IMG/VR virus record: IMGVR_UViG_3300042429_001107
DNA from: a virus
DNA: 64,000 nt
Direction: 5' to 3' (one strand)
Numbering within the stretch: the stretch's first letter is position 1; the number at the start of each line of letters is the position of its first letter. The notes under the pieces were generated by a model. The model searched no databases, was not told the DNA's origin, and worked only from the letters and a program-made list of their open reading frames with translations. Positions 1 to 9,420 of this stretch are shown here, piece by piece. The position numbers and the translations under genes are program-made.

Positions 1-976
1 AATAAAAGGACTATTTGAACCAGGAGAGAATTTACAGATTGACGAATCATTTTTTAGTGGTGTTGTAAAATTTGGATATCTTCCTAATGCACAGACACCT
101 ATAGCAAATGTTAAAAAATTAGAACCAAATAGATTCTACAGATGGAGTTTAGATCATCCAATAAAAGTGGAGGTTTCAGATCCTTATTATAATTTTCATT
201 ATTTTGATGCGGGACTAAGAACATATGATGATCGATGTGATTGGCTTTTTGAAAAGATGGAAAAATCTGTAGGAGCTAGACTACTATCCAAAAACTACCC
301 TACATCTCTACTTTTATCAGGCGGATTAGATTCTGCAATAATTGCGGGGCTTTTATTAAAGCTAGATGCTGATGTTGATTTCTATTCTATTTCTAATGGA
401 GAAGATGAGAAGTATGTAAAAGATTGTGAGTACTACTGGGATATAGAATCTAAAAGGCTGAACTATTCAATTGATTTAGAAAGTGAAGAAGGTCAAAAAA
501 ATCTGAAAGAGATCTATAAAAAATGGAATGAATCACCAGTTGATATGGGTAGTGTGGTTCCTCAATATCATTTATTTGATGCTATCAAAAAAGGATCTAA
601 TACGAGGATTGTAATATCTGGGGATGGAGCAGATGAATTATTTGGAGGATATAGAAGAATTAATGAATATGATTCACAGCAATCTGATATCTTTCACGAA
701 TTATCTTATTATCATTTACCAAGACTAGATAAGTTATCTATGGCTCATACACTAGAATTAAGAAGTCCTTTCTTAAATCATGATATTGTGAGATTTGCTT
801 TGAGTCTTCCTTTTGAAGAAAGAAAGAATAAGAAAATTCTTAAAGACACATTCAAAGGACTAGTACCAGATTCAGTTATAGAAAGAAGCAAATTAGCTCT
901 TAAGAATACAAAGATTGTTGAGAATCAAATAGAATACAGAAAAGATATAGTTAAATTATATCTAGGAGATTTATAA
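1..976 (+). CDS. asnB: Asparagine synthetase (glutamine-hydrolysing)-like amidotransferase, 5'-truncated by the window
   Basis: Frame is open from nt 2 (IKGLFEPG...), so the gene starts upstream of the window rather than at 167. Motifs LLSGGLDSA, ISGDGADELFGGY, RLDKLSMAHTLELRSPFL. Confidence 0.85.
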   Translation, partial: IKGLFEPGENLQIDESFFSGVVKFGYLPNAQTPIANVKKLEPNRFYRWSLDHPIKVEVSDPYYNFHYFDAGLRTYDDRCDWLFEKMEKSVGARLLSKNYPTSLLLSGGLDSAIIAGLLLKLDADVDFYSISNGEDEKYVKDCEYYWDIESKRLNYSIDLESEEGQKNLKEIYKKWNESPVDMGSVVPQYHLFDAIKKGSNTRIVISGDGADELFGGYRRINEYDSQQSDIFHELSYYHLPRLDKLSMAHTLELRSPFLNHDIVRFALSLPFEERKNKKILKDTFKGLVPDSVIERSKLALKNTKIVENQIEYRKDIVKLYLGDL

Positions 977-2467
977 AACTTCTTCTTCGCTATTTCCGTT
1001 AGCTTTTATCACTTTAACACCTGCTATTGGATCTCCTTTAGCATCTTTAGGTGAATAACCTTTAGGTCTATCACTAATAACAAAATCTTCAGAAGGATCT
1101 ACAATAAGACCAGCAGAACTTAAGAAATCTCTATTAAGTAATAAAGGTGTACTTTTTTCTGTTCTATCTACTAATGAGAATTTAACTTTCTTGTAAACTA
1201 TACCATTAAAATCAACATCAAGATTAACTACAGATCTGTGGTGTATTTTTTCACCTACCTCTGCTCTAGATTGACCTATAATTTTATTTACAAATTCTTG
1301 ATTTCCTAATTTCCAGTGTACGCTTCCGTCTGTTTCTTCAATAGAGTCAGCGTGTAAAGAACAAGAGTTAGCTCCATTTCCTGTATCAAGTTTACCAACA
1401 AAAGTACCAACCCCTGAAATAGTAACCATCTCTCTAAATCCTGCAATTTTTTTAGGTTTAACCCAATTCTTTTTATCTAATAAGAAATCCAATACCATAT
1501 CAGTTACTGGTATATTCGTTGTTTTTTCTATTCCTGTAGTACCTGGGGAAGCGTTAACTTCAAGTACATAAGGTTTATTTTCTCTGTTTTTTTCTACAAT
1601 AATATCTACTCCACACCATAGACATCCAGTAGCTTTTGCTGATTCAATTGCTATTCTTTCAATCTCCGGAGAAAGCTCTACTGTTTCTGTGTCACCACCT
1701 AGTGAGAAGTTAGTTCTAAAATCACCTTCAATTTTGATTCTTTTCATTGCTGCAATGACTTTGTACTCTCTTCCAGACATACCATCAGATTCAGCAATTA
1801 CATGTATTCTAAGGTCGTATTCAGCATCAATCTTTTCTTGTAAAACAATCTCAGTATCTGGTGACAAATACCATAATGCTTGAAGGGTAGATACCAATGA
1901 AGGTCTTGAATCTATCATAAAAACTCCGATACCTTTAGTACCTGATAGGAATTTACAGACAACTGGATAAGTTCCACCAACATCTTCTAAAGCTTTATCT
2001 ATATCAGCCTCTGATGATATAAGAGCAGTCTTAGGAACAGGTATTTTTGCTAATTGTAATTTTCTAGTGGTTTGTAATTTATCTTCACACATGATAACAG
2101 AATCATAGGAGTTCACACACGGAAATCCTAAATCTTCCATTTTCTTAAAAAATCCTTTAGCTGCATTGTTTTTTATAGCAGATCTTCTTGTAAGAACCAC
2201 CGTTCTATCTAAATAAATTTCTTGTTGTTTTCCTCCTCTACTTGATATTAAAAAAGTTCCTTTAGTTGTTTTTTGTATAGATCCTTTTTCTGTGTCTATA
2301 ATTATACACCTAACCCCTCTTTCTTCACAGATTTTCATTATTTTATCTGTGCTTGGTGCATTTTTTAAACTCCTACCTAACTTTGTGGTAAGGATTACTA
2401 CTGTCAAGGGCCTTTCTTTTCCTTTTACGCCTTTAAAAACAAACTTTTCTAATAGAGGGATATCCAT
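971..2467 (-). CDS. RimK-family ATP-grasp ligase fused to a C-terminal retropepsin-like (RimB-type) aspartic protease
   Basis: ATP-grasp motifs DKLQT, IPVPKT, GTKGIGV, QEKI, FRTNFSLGG, GVDII, LEVNASPG; C-terminal KLDTGNGANSCSLHA and FSLVDR...PLLLNRDFL. Confidence 0.88.
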   Translation of the reverse strand: MDIPLLEKFVFKGVKGKERPLTVVILTTKLGRSLKNAPSTDKIMKICEERGVRCIIIDTEKGSIQKTTKGTFLISSRGGKQQEIYLDRTVVLTRRSAIKNNAAKGFFKKMEDLGFPCVNSYDSVIMCEDKLQTTRKLQLAKIPVPKTALISSEADIDKALEDVGGTYPVVCKFLSGTKGIGVFMIDSRPSLVSTLQALWYLSPDTEIVLQEKIDAEYDLRIHVIAESDGMSGREYKVIAAMKRIKIEGDFRTNFSLGGDTETVELSPEIERIAIESAKATGCLWCGVDIIVEKNRENKPYVLEVNASPGTTGIEKTTNIPVTDMVLDFLLDKKNWVKPKKIAGFREMVTISGVGTFVGKLDTGNGANSCSLHADSIEETDGSVHWKLGNQEFVNKIIGQSRAEVGEKIHHRSVVNLDVDFNGIVYKKVKFSLVDRTEKSTPLLLNRDFLSSAGLIVDPSEDFVISDRPKGYSPKDAKGDPIAGVKVIKANGNSEEEVL

Positions 2468-2472
2468 ACCAA

Positions 2473-2480
2473 TATATATC
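2473..2480 (-). promoter_or_regulatory. Putative late-type promoter GATATATA, 5 nt upstream of the RimK ATG
   Basis: Recurrent intergenic motif, directly after a terminator. Confidence 0.6.
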
Positions 2481-2485
2481 TGTGG

Positions 2486-2519
2486 AAAAAGAAAAAGCCC
2501 AGATTATAATCTAGGCTTT
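2486..2519 (-). terminator. Intrinsic terminator
   Basis: Minus strand AAAGCCTAGATT-AT-AATCTGGGCTTT-TTCTTTTT: stem with one G.U pair then a U-rich tail, just after the 2543 stop. Confidence 0.8.
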
Positions 2520-2542
2520 GTATCTTTTATTATTTAATGTGA

Positions 2543-3199
2543 TTAATTAAAGAAATTATCGAATCTTATAACCTTCTCCGAAGTATCATCCTCTTCCTCT
2601 TCTAAATCCGATTCGTCCTCTTCTTCAGTGTCATCTTCGTCATCTTCTTCAGTGTCATCTTCGTCATCTTCTTCTTCGTCTTCTGCTTCGATATCGTCCT
2701 CGTCAGATTCTTCTTCGTCTTCTACTTCAATTTCGTCCTCGTCAGATTCTTCTTCGTCTTCGTCGGATTCTTCCTCGTCTTCGTCAGATTCTTCTTCGTC
2801 CTCTTCATATTCTTCTTCGTCCTCTTCAGATTCTTCTTCGTCAGATTCTTCTTCGTCAGATTCTTCTTCGTCTTCGTCAGATTCTTCTTCGTCTTCGTCA
2901 GATTCTTCTTCGTCAGATTCTTCTTCTTCGTCCGATTCTTCTTCTTCGTCAGATTCTTCTTCGTCAGATTCTTCTTCGTCCTCGTCAGATTCTTCTTCTT
3001 CGTCAGATTCTTCTTCGTCAGATTCTTCAGTATCTAGATCGTCTAGGTCCTCGTCTTCTTCGTCAGATTCTTCTTCGTCCTCATCAGTTTCTTCTTCCTC
3101 CTCTTCTTCTATTTCAGAATCTTGCCAAAAATCATTTTTTGGCATTTCAGAAGGTTTTCTTGAGTTAAACTCTTCGAATGATAATATTTTTTTATCCAT
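2543..3199 (-). CDS. Highly acidic low-complexity protein (DEEES/DEDEEES repeats), probable head-internal or scaffold-like protein
   Basis: About 175 residues almost all D/E/S, bracketed by ILSFEEF (N-terminus) and VIRFDNFF (C-terminus). Confidence 0.75.
   Translation of the reverse strand: MDKKILSFEEFNSRKPSEMPKNDFWQDSEIEEEEEEETDEDEEESDEEDEDLDDLDTEESDEEESDEEEESDEDEEESDEEESDEEEESDEEEESDEEESDEDEEESDEDEEESDEEESDEEESEEDEEEYEEDEEESDEDEEESDEDEEESDEDEIEVEDEEESDEDDIEAEDEEEDDEDDTEEDDEDDTEEEDESDLEEEEDDTSEKVIRFDNFFN
2590..3110. repeat. Degenerate in-frame tandem repeats (core TCAGATTCTTCTTCG, units of 15/18/21 nt)
   Basis: Directly visible; encodes DEEES-type units on the minus strand. Confidence 0.9.
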
Positions 3200-3211
3200 T
3201 TTTTTTGTTTT

Positions 3212-3463
3212 TTATTCAGTTACACCTATAGAAGCTCCGCTTCCTGATTCTGTTGCTCCGTAACCAGGATAATCTATTTTAGAAAATCCATTAAAGATTG
3301 CGTCTTTATAGCCAACATAATCATAAGCAGATTCTGGTTTTATTTTATGTAATCCAGTTCTGTCTTCTTTACTAAGATTCTCTGGGTTCCAAGGATCATT
3401 AGCCACTTTCATAAAGTCTTTATAGCTAAGTACTTCTCTTTTTTTTACGTTCTTCTGATTCAT
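3212..3463 (-). CDS. Hypothetical protein with VLSYKDFM motif
   Basis: Tightly packed between co-oriented neighbours. Confidence 0.7.
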   Translation of the reverse strand: MNQKNVKKREVLSYKDFMKVANDPWNPENLSKEDRTGLHKIKPESAYDYVGYKDAIFNGFSKIDYPGYGATESGSGASIGVTE

Positions 3464-3464
3464 A

Positions 3465-4187
3465 TTAATTAGCGAAATTTAAAATACTTGTTAGTCCACT
3501 TTTAGCAGCTTTAGTGAATATATTAGGATCTTTATTTTCTGCTCCTTGTATTTCTGATGCTATCTTTTGTTTATCTACATCCGTAACATTTTTACCACTT
3601 ATAACATCTCCAAGATTGAATCCACAAATTTTATCTCCAATCATAGTTTCAATATTGTTCATGAATGCTGTGTTGTTAGCTGCATTAGTTAAAGCCTCTC
3701 TTAGTCCTGCTGCTATAGTTGCTCCCATTCCACTTTGCATATCCATTTTTAAACCTAATCTAGGTAATAAATATTCTATTCCTCTTTCTTGTAATGTTTC
3801 AGAAAGACCCTCTACAACTGCTTTTGACCAGAACTTACAAGATCCTTTACCAAAATAACTACCAAGATCTGTGAAATGCACCTGCTCAATAATGTTTCGT
3901 ATTACTTGATAAAAGAATGTTGGTTGTCCCATTTCATCGAATGCTTCAATACCAAGTTTTTCTGTTGCCCAGTCAATAACATAATCTTTAAAAGTATCTG
4001 TAAAACCACCTCCTAATGATCCTAAAAATGAAGCAAAAATATTTTCATTTATTTGTTCTTCATTTAATCCCTCGGACTTAAGTTTAAGGTATTCATTTTC
4101 TAAAAGTGACATTTCATTACTGTATGATACATTTAATGAAGCATTTTTAGATTCTGCCAGAAATTGTGAATATTTACGAATAGTCAT
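3465..4187 (-). CDS. Hypothetical protein with capsid-targeting-like N-terminus (MTIRKYSQFLAE)
   Basis: 240-aa ORF, GATATATA motif 18 nt upstream; N-terminus resembles the T4 internal-protein leader MKTYQEFIAE. Confidence 0.75.
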   Translation of the reverse strand: MTIRKYSQFLAESKNASLNVSYSNEMSLLENEYLKLKSEGLNEEQINENIFASFLGSLGGGFTDTFKDYVIDWATEKLGIEAFDEMGQPTFFYQVIRNIIEQVHFTDLGSYFGKGSCKFWSKAVVEGLSETLQERGIEYLLPRLGLKMDMQSGMGATIAAGLREALTNAANNTAFMNNIETMIGDKICGFNLGDVISGKNVTDVDKQKIASEIQGAENKDPNIFTKAAKSGLTSILNFAN

Positions 4188-4205
4188 TTTAATCTACTTT
4201 TAATG

Positions 4206-4240
4206 TATATATCATTTTACCTGTGGGAATCTGATATATA
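4206..4240. promoter_or_regulatory. Back-to-back divergent GATATATA motifs (4206-4213 minus; 4233-4240 plus)
   Basis: Two identical 8-mers in opposite orientation in a 60-nt divergent gap, each ahead of an ATG. Confidence 0.7.
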
Positions 4241-4247
4241 TGTAGTA

Positions 4248-4658
4248 ATGGCAAGAATTTTAAAGATAGACAATTTTACAGATGCTTTTCCCAGCTTTTA
4301 TGGATTAGAAGGAGATGGTGCTTGTTATAGTGTTACTAATCCATTTTCAGTGGATATTTTAATATCCTATGATGTTAAAGGTAAAATAGGTGATATAGAT
4401 TACTTGGAGCCAACTTGGACACAATACCAATGTCAAGAAGGAGATCTTATAACATGTAACAAAAACGGATGTTATATAGAACCAAAGGCTTCTGAATATT
4501 TTGTTGAATGTATGCCTAACGATAAAACCAAACCAGGAGAGCCAAGCTTTGATAAATTCCCAGTGGAATCTTTAAAAAAAATAGGCATCGATTTAATAAA
4601 TTCACAATCTATGGGATTTGAAGAAAGAAAGAAAATAACACTTACATCGGGATTATGA
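4248..4658 (+). CDS. Hypothetical protein (start revised from 4203 to 4248, MARILKIDNF)
   Basis: The 4203 ATG lies upstream of the promoter motif; ATG 4248 is 7 nt after it. Confidence 0.7.
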   Translation: MARILKIDNFTDAFPSFYGLEGDGACYSVTNPFSVDILISYDVKGKIGDIDYLEPTWTQYQCQEGDLITCNKNGCYIEPKASEYFVECMPNDKTKPGEPSFDKFPVESLKKIGIDLINSQSMGFEERKKITLTSGL

Positions 4659-5218
4659 AAAGGATCTTTACATTTAACCAATTTAATCTAGACGAAAGTT
4701 CTGCTGCAGGAAATATGGGACAGACATATTCAATACCGTTTGCTTATACATCTAACGATCCAAAAGATGGTTATAGTAGTAAAAGTTTTTGCGACGATTT
4801 AGAAGCTGTTTTTATAGAAAAACCAAATCTAAGAAAAGAAATTATTGAATTTTTATCATCCAACTTAGGGATATCAAAAATTGAAGAATTAGCAATAATG
4901 CCATTTATAAAAGTAGCTAAAGTCATACCTGAGATAGAAAGAATAATAGAAGCAGGTGAATATGAGCCAGAGACCACAATGCCTGGAGGCGGATTACTAT
5001 TTATAAGAAATAAGATTTTTGCTAATGGCGGGGGAGCAGATTTCTATATAAATAGAAAAGGCACTAAGGTGGAAGTTGTTACAGAGGACGAAATGGGTAA
5101 CGAGAAGGTTCGAATATTTGATATAGAAAAATTCCCTTTCGATCGTTTTGAATTTACAGAAGAGGATAAAGAAGAACTTAATGCTTTAAAAAAAGCTAAA
5201 GGAGGATTCAGCTTTTAA
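4655..5218 (+). CDS. Hypothetical protein with capsid-targeting-like N-terminus (MKRIFTFNQFNLDE)
   Basis: ATGA overlap with the upstream stop. Confidence 0.75.
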   Translation: MKRIFTFNQFNLDESSAAGNMGQTYSIPFAYTSNDPKDGYSSKSFCDDLEAVFIEKPNLRKEIIEFLSSNLGISKIEELAIMPFIKVAKVIPEIERIIEAGEYEPETTMPGGGLLFIRNKIFANGGGADFYINRKGTKVEVVTEDEMGNEKVRIFDIEKFPFDRFEFTEEDKEELNALKKAKGGFSF

Positions 5219-5921
5219 ACTTATTCATAATAAGATCTATAGATTTTTCTTTCCCTAGCTCTGTTCCTATCTCTAAATCAATATCCTTAGATACATCAGC
5301 GACTAACACACAATCATATTGAGTGGAAAAGTCTTTTATGTTTTCTTTTAGAAATTTTTTTATCTTAGCAATATCTTTTGTTGTGTTACATTGAGGATCT
5401 AATAATTCGGTCATTAATAAAGCTATATTCTCCTTACCCGCAACTTTAACTATGGAAAAGAACCAACTAAATATTCTCATGTGTTCTTCACCTTTTTTTC
5501 TTATAACTAAAAATCCCTGATCCCAAAGATTATATTTAGCACAATAGCTTTCGACATCAACTAATGAATTATATCTTTCATAAAATTCTCTGTTATCATT
5601 AAGAAACTCATTGATTACTTTTATTGAATTTTTTACAATATTCTCAATTTCTTCTATATCATCAAGATTTTTATCAAGCATATCATACATATGACTCCTT
5701 TCCTCATCTGTCATTTTAGACAAGGTCTTTTGTGTTAGCTCTGTTTTTTTATCAAAGCTCTCCAAATCTTTTTTTATTGCAATTAGATTCTTGAAATACT
5801 TCTCAAATCCTTGTGTTTTAAAGCTCTCTTTGACCCTCATTAAATAAGCCATAAGAATATAATATCTATATTCTGTATCTATTGGGGATTCTATAAACCA
5901 ATAAGGCTTTAATTCTTTCAT
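5208..5921 (-). CDS. Hypothetical protein (WF..PID.EY..Y.L.AYL N-terminus)
   Basis: 237-aa ORF with AATATATA at 5945-5952 upstream. The N-terminus recalls an uncharacterised Bacteroidota/huge-phage family (from memory, unverified). Confidence 0.7.
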   Translation of the reverse strand: MKELKPYWFIESPIDTEYRYYILMAYLMRVKESFKTQGFEKYFKNLIAIKKDLESFDKKTELTQKTLSKMTDEERSHMYDMLDKNLDDIEEIENIVKNSIKVINEFLNDNREFYERYNSLVDVESYCAKYNLWDQGFLVIRKKGEEHMRIFSWFFSIVKVAGKENIALLMTELLDPQCNTTKDIAKIKKFLKENIKDFSTQYDCVLVADVSKDIDLEIGTELGKEKSIDLIMNKFKS

Positions 5922-5998
5922 GTAATCTTGTTAATACATTATATTATATATTAAATCAGGGAAAATTATTCATGAATTGAAAATATATCTGAAATATT

Positions 5999-6027
5999 GA
6001 AACTATTCTGTGGAACCCGTCTAAAAT
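5999..6027 (+). promoter_or_regulatory. Putative bipartite promoter GAAA-N19-TAAAAT upstream of the glycan locus
   Basis: Same 19-nt spacing at five gene-upstream sites; a TTTATATA motif follows at 6059-6066. Confidence 0.6.
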
Positions 6028-6076
6028 TTTTATCTTTAAAATCCCAGGCTATGAATACTTTATATATGATAATCTT

Positions 6077-6697
6077 ATGAGTCCCCAATTTTTAGTAATA
6101 GCTTATTATACTGAGAGCACACAATATGAAGTCCTAGCTGGTAATCTTGAGAAGACTTTACAAAACTTTAGTATTCCTTTTTATATAGAAGATATAGAGG
6201 ATTTAGGTTCTTGGGAAAAGAATACACATTACAAAGCACATTTTATTAAGAAATGTTTAAATGACAGAAATCAGGATCTTTTATATGTAGATGTTGATGC
6301 ACTCTTTAAACAATACCCAAGTCTTATACCAGATCTCACATGTGATATAGCATATAGAACGCAAGACTTCAGATGGAGAGCAGACGAAGCCCTATCAGGA
6401 ACTATCTTTCTAAAGAATAATGACAAGGTTAAGAGATTTGTTGATCGATGGATCCAACTAAATGAAGCCACACCCGCAGAAAGAATGAAACCTGAAACAT
6501 GGGAGCAAAAAAATATGCAAAGAGCTCATCGAGAAATGACCGAGATCGATTATTTCAATCTACCACCAGAATACACATTCATATTTGATCACATGAAAAC
6601 AATGTATCCAGGAACATCTCCAGTAATAGAGCATTATCAAGAGTCAAGAAATGTTCATAGAAATACGAATCAAAATCGTAATTTCAGGATAAGATAA
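6077..6697 (+). CDS. Nucleotide-diphospho-sugar transferase (GT-A fold)
   Basis: K..FI...L, LLYVDVDA (DxD), LSGTIFL, IEHYQESR. Confidence 0.75.
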   Translation: MSPQFLVIAYYTESTQYEVLAGNLEKTLQNFSIPFYIEDIEDLGSWEKNTHYKAHFIKKCLNDRNQDLLYVDVDALFKQYPSLIPDLTCDIAYRTQDFRWRADEALSGTIFLKNNDKVKRFVDRWIQLNEATPAERMKPETWEQKNMQRAHREMTEIDYFNLPPEYTFIFDHMKTMYPGTSPVIEHYQESRNVHRNTNQNRNFRIR

Positions 6698-6699
6698 GC

Positions 6700-7434
6700 A
6701 TGGAATTAAAATATGCTGTAGTCAGCTCCGATTCAAATCCTGAATATCTTGATTTTTGGCCTTACGTAGCTAAAGCATGGAAAAGAATAGGTATAGAACC
6801 AGTACTACTTTATATTGATAAACAAACTCCACCAGAGAGCGTACATGAACATGGAAAGGTAATATATCTTGAATCAATATCTGAATGGAGTATAGCTCAA
6901 CAAGCACAATGTATAAGATTTTGGGCAGCTAAGATATTAGATGCTCCTTTTATAATATCAGATATTGATATGCTTCCTATTTCTGAAGAATATTATAAAA
7001 ATGGTGTGGCTTCCATTGGAGATAAAGGTATAGTTTCTTACAGCTCTGATATTATTAAATATAGATGGTATGTAACTAATCCACAATACCCTATGTGTTA
7101 TCTTGCAGGAGACACACAAAGCTTTATTGATCTATTAGAAATGAATGATAATTCTCATCAGAATTTTTTAAGAAGATTAATGAAAATGAATATAAGATTT
7201 GGTACAGATCAGAAGTTCTTTTATAATCAATCTGTTAAAAATAAACACATATCTATTAAGCATTTAGAAAGAGGATGGATAGAAGAGAAATATGCTAGAG
7301 GAAGATTGGATAAAGTGATCTGGCCAAAAACAGACTATAATGCAGATGAATATATAGATTGTCATTTACCAAGACCGTTATCCTCAAATATTGGGATTTG
7401 TAAAGAATTATTTAATAAAATTAGAATAGATTAA
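6700..7434 (+). CDS. Putative glycosyltransferase-like protein
   Basis: IISDIDMLP DxD motif, GTDQ, DCHLPRP; operon context. Confidence 0.55.
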   Translation: MELKYAVVSSDSNPEYLDFWPYVAKAWKRIGIEPVLLYIDKQTPPESVHEHGKVIYLESISEWSIAQQAQCIRFWAAKILDAPFIISDIDMLPISEEYYKNGVASIGDKGIVSYSSDIIKYRWYVTNPQYPMCYLAGDTQSFIDLLEMNDNSHQNFLRRLMKMNIRFGTDQKFFYNQSVKNKHISIKHLERGWIEEKYARGRLDKVIWPKTDYNADEYIDCHLPRPLSSNIGICKELFNKIRID

Positions 7435-8244
7435 ATGAAATTATCAATAATACTTCCCACAGGTGGAAATGACCATCTAAGAAATAGAAATTTTAACGAG
7501 TGTCTTACTTGTATTAAAAATCAGACTTTTGTTGATTATGAAGTTATTGTGGTGGAGCAATCATTAGATAATAATTTTTACAAACAAAGTAATCCAATTA
7601 TTTCTTATAAACACATAGGAATTAAAGATCCACATGATAGAGGATTTAATCTTAGCTGGTGTAGAAATGTAGGAGCAAGAGAAGCACAAGGTGATATTAT
7701 AGTCCTGATGGATTCTGATTTTGTTTTTGAAAATAATTATTTCACTATCATTAGTGAATTTAATGGAGAATTTGCTGCTGGAGCGGAAACATATTATTGG
7801 TGTAATACTGAAGATCCCACTACCGATTGGATAAGAACAAAAGACTTTAATGTTTTTAAAAAAAGAGGTGGTGGCCCTAGAGACCCTGTATTTCAATTTA
7901 GATCTATGTCTAGAGGATGTGGGTACGGAGCTATACTAGTTTATAATAAAGAATGGTTCTGGAATACTATGGGAGGATACAACGAAAACTTCTTTAGATA
8001 TGGCTGGGAAGATAAAGCAACAACGGAAATGATTAAATCATTGCTTGATAGGGATGATGAGAGTATGTTAAGAATTCCTTCAGAAGCAGCACATCTTAAT
8101 CATAGATCTAAAGATGTTAGGAATATGAATATAAATGAAGCACTTTTTAATAAATTTACTAGAATGGATCAATTAGAGCTTTCAAAAACAATAAAAGAAT
8201 CATTTGTTGGCAAAAGATCAGAGCCTACTTTATTAAATATTTAA
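7435..8244 (+). CDS. GT2/GT7-like glycosyltransferase (galactosyltransferase-like)
   Basis: LSIILP, VIVVEQ, FNLSWCRNVG, MDSD, GGYNENFFRYGWED. Confidence 0.85.
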   Translation: MKLSIILPTGGNDHLRNRNFNECLTCIKNQTFVDYEVIVVEQSLDNNFYKQSNPIISYKHIGIKDPHDRGFNLSWCRNVGAREAQGDIIVLMDSDFVFENNYFTIISEFNGEFAAGAETYYWCNTEDPTTDWIRTKDFNVFKKRGGGPRDPVFQFRSMSRGCGYGAILVYNKEWFWNTMGGYNENFFRYGWEDKATTEMIKSLLDRDDESMLRIPSEAAHLNHRSKDVRNMNINEALFNKFTRMDQLELSKTIKESFVGKRSEPTLLNI

Positions 8245-8247
8245 TTC

Positions 8248-9420
8248 ATGAAAAAACCAGAAAGAGATATATCTGAGGAAAGAAGAGGAAGAAGAATATT
8301 AAACAGATTCATTCACGGAAATAAAAATACTGATATTAATAAAGAAATAAAAGAAATTATAAAAGCGGAAGTTATAACAAATAAACACCCTATAATAGAA
8401 TTATACGAAAAAAATAATCTAGATTATATAATGGAAAAAAATAATACTGATATAGCTAAATATTGGGAACATCTTAATATAATAAACGGAAATAATATTG
8501 ACAATTCTCTTCCATTTTTTATAAATATCTCCGCAATTAATTATAATGATTTAAGCAATTTAGCAGAAGAAAAAAATAAAGAGCTTTTTAAATGCTTTGA
8601 TGGATTAACTGTAGATAAGTGCATTGATGAGTATGATTTGGTTACTATAATTCCTTTCAGAGGGAGATACATGCATTTAGAAAAAACATTAGAAACATTA
8701 TTAGCTTCTTCTAATAATTCTTCAAATAAAATAGGTTTTATTATTATAGAAAACTCTAATGAATCTATATTTAATTGTGATAAATTTAATAATCCAGATA
8801 TACATTACAGATGGATTAATTCATCGGGTAATATATTTAATAAATGCTTTTGCCATAATATAGGATCATTAATAAGTAACACCAAATATTTACATTTTCA
8901 TGACTGCGATTTATTAGTACCTAGTAATTTCTACGATGAGGTTTTTAATAAAATAGAATTGAATGATGTAGTACAGTGTTTTTATAATAGAAGAGTTAAT
9001 TATCTGAATGAAATTCCCTCGATTGATTATTTTAACGGGGAAGATATAGAATCTATAATTGTTAATAAACAATCATATAAAGAAGGTGGATACGGAGCAC
9101 CAGGAGGATCTATTGCAATATCAAAGGATCTTTTTGAAAAATGTGGGGGATTTGATCCTCATTTTTTCTGGGGATATTCTATAGAGGATGCTTTTTTCTG
9201 GAATAAAGTTGAAAGATTTAAAACCATAATAACATTAGATGATCCTAAGATAGAATTATATCACTTATGGCATCATCCTGCATGGGGAAAAAATCCTATG
9301 CAAGGTGTAGAGAAAAGAATACACGATTCATTTATAAGCAATAATCATAATTGGTTAGATTATGTAAATAAATCTAAAGAACTTTATAATAGAATTAAAA
9401 ATACTTTTATAAATGAATAA
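8248..9420 (+). CDS. GT2/GT7-like glycosyltransferase with N-terminal extension
   Basis: IIPFRGR, FNKCFCHNIG, HDCD, GGFDPHFFWGYSIED, HLWH. Confidence 0.85.
   Translation: MKKPERDISEERRGRRILNRFIHGNKNTDINKEIKEIIKAEVITNKHPIIELYEKNNLDYIMEKNNTDIAKYWEHLNIINGNNIDNSLPFFINISAINYNDLSNLAEEKNKELFKCFDGLTVDKCIDEYDLVTIIPFRGRYMHLEKTLETLLASSNNSSNKIGFIIIENSNESIFNCDKFNNPDIHYRWINSSGNIFNKCFCHNIGSLISNTKYLHFHDCDLLVPSNFYDEVFNKIELNDVVQCFYNRRVNYLNEIPSIDYFNGEDIESIIVNKQSYKEGGYGAPGGSIAISKDLFEKCGGFDPHFFWGYSIEDAFFWNKVERFKTIITLDDPKIELYHLWHHPAWGKNPMQGVEKRIHDSFISNNHNWLDYVNKSKELYNRIKNTFINE

Noticed and set aside
2628-3263. 211-aa poly-serine ORF on the plus strand
   Set aside because: Antisense shadow of the GAA/GAC-rich acidic gene, which has the operon context, leader motif and terminator.
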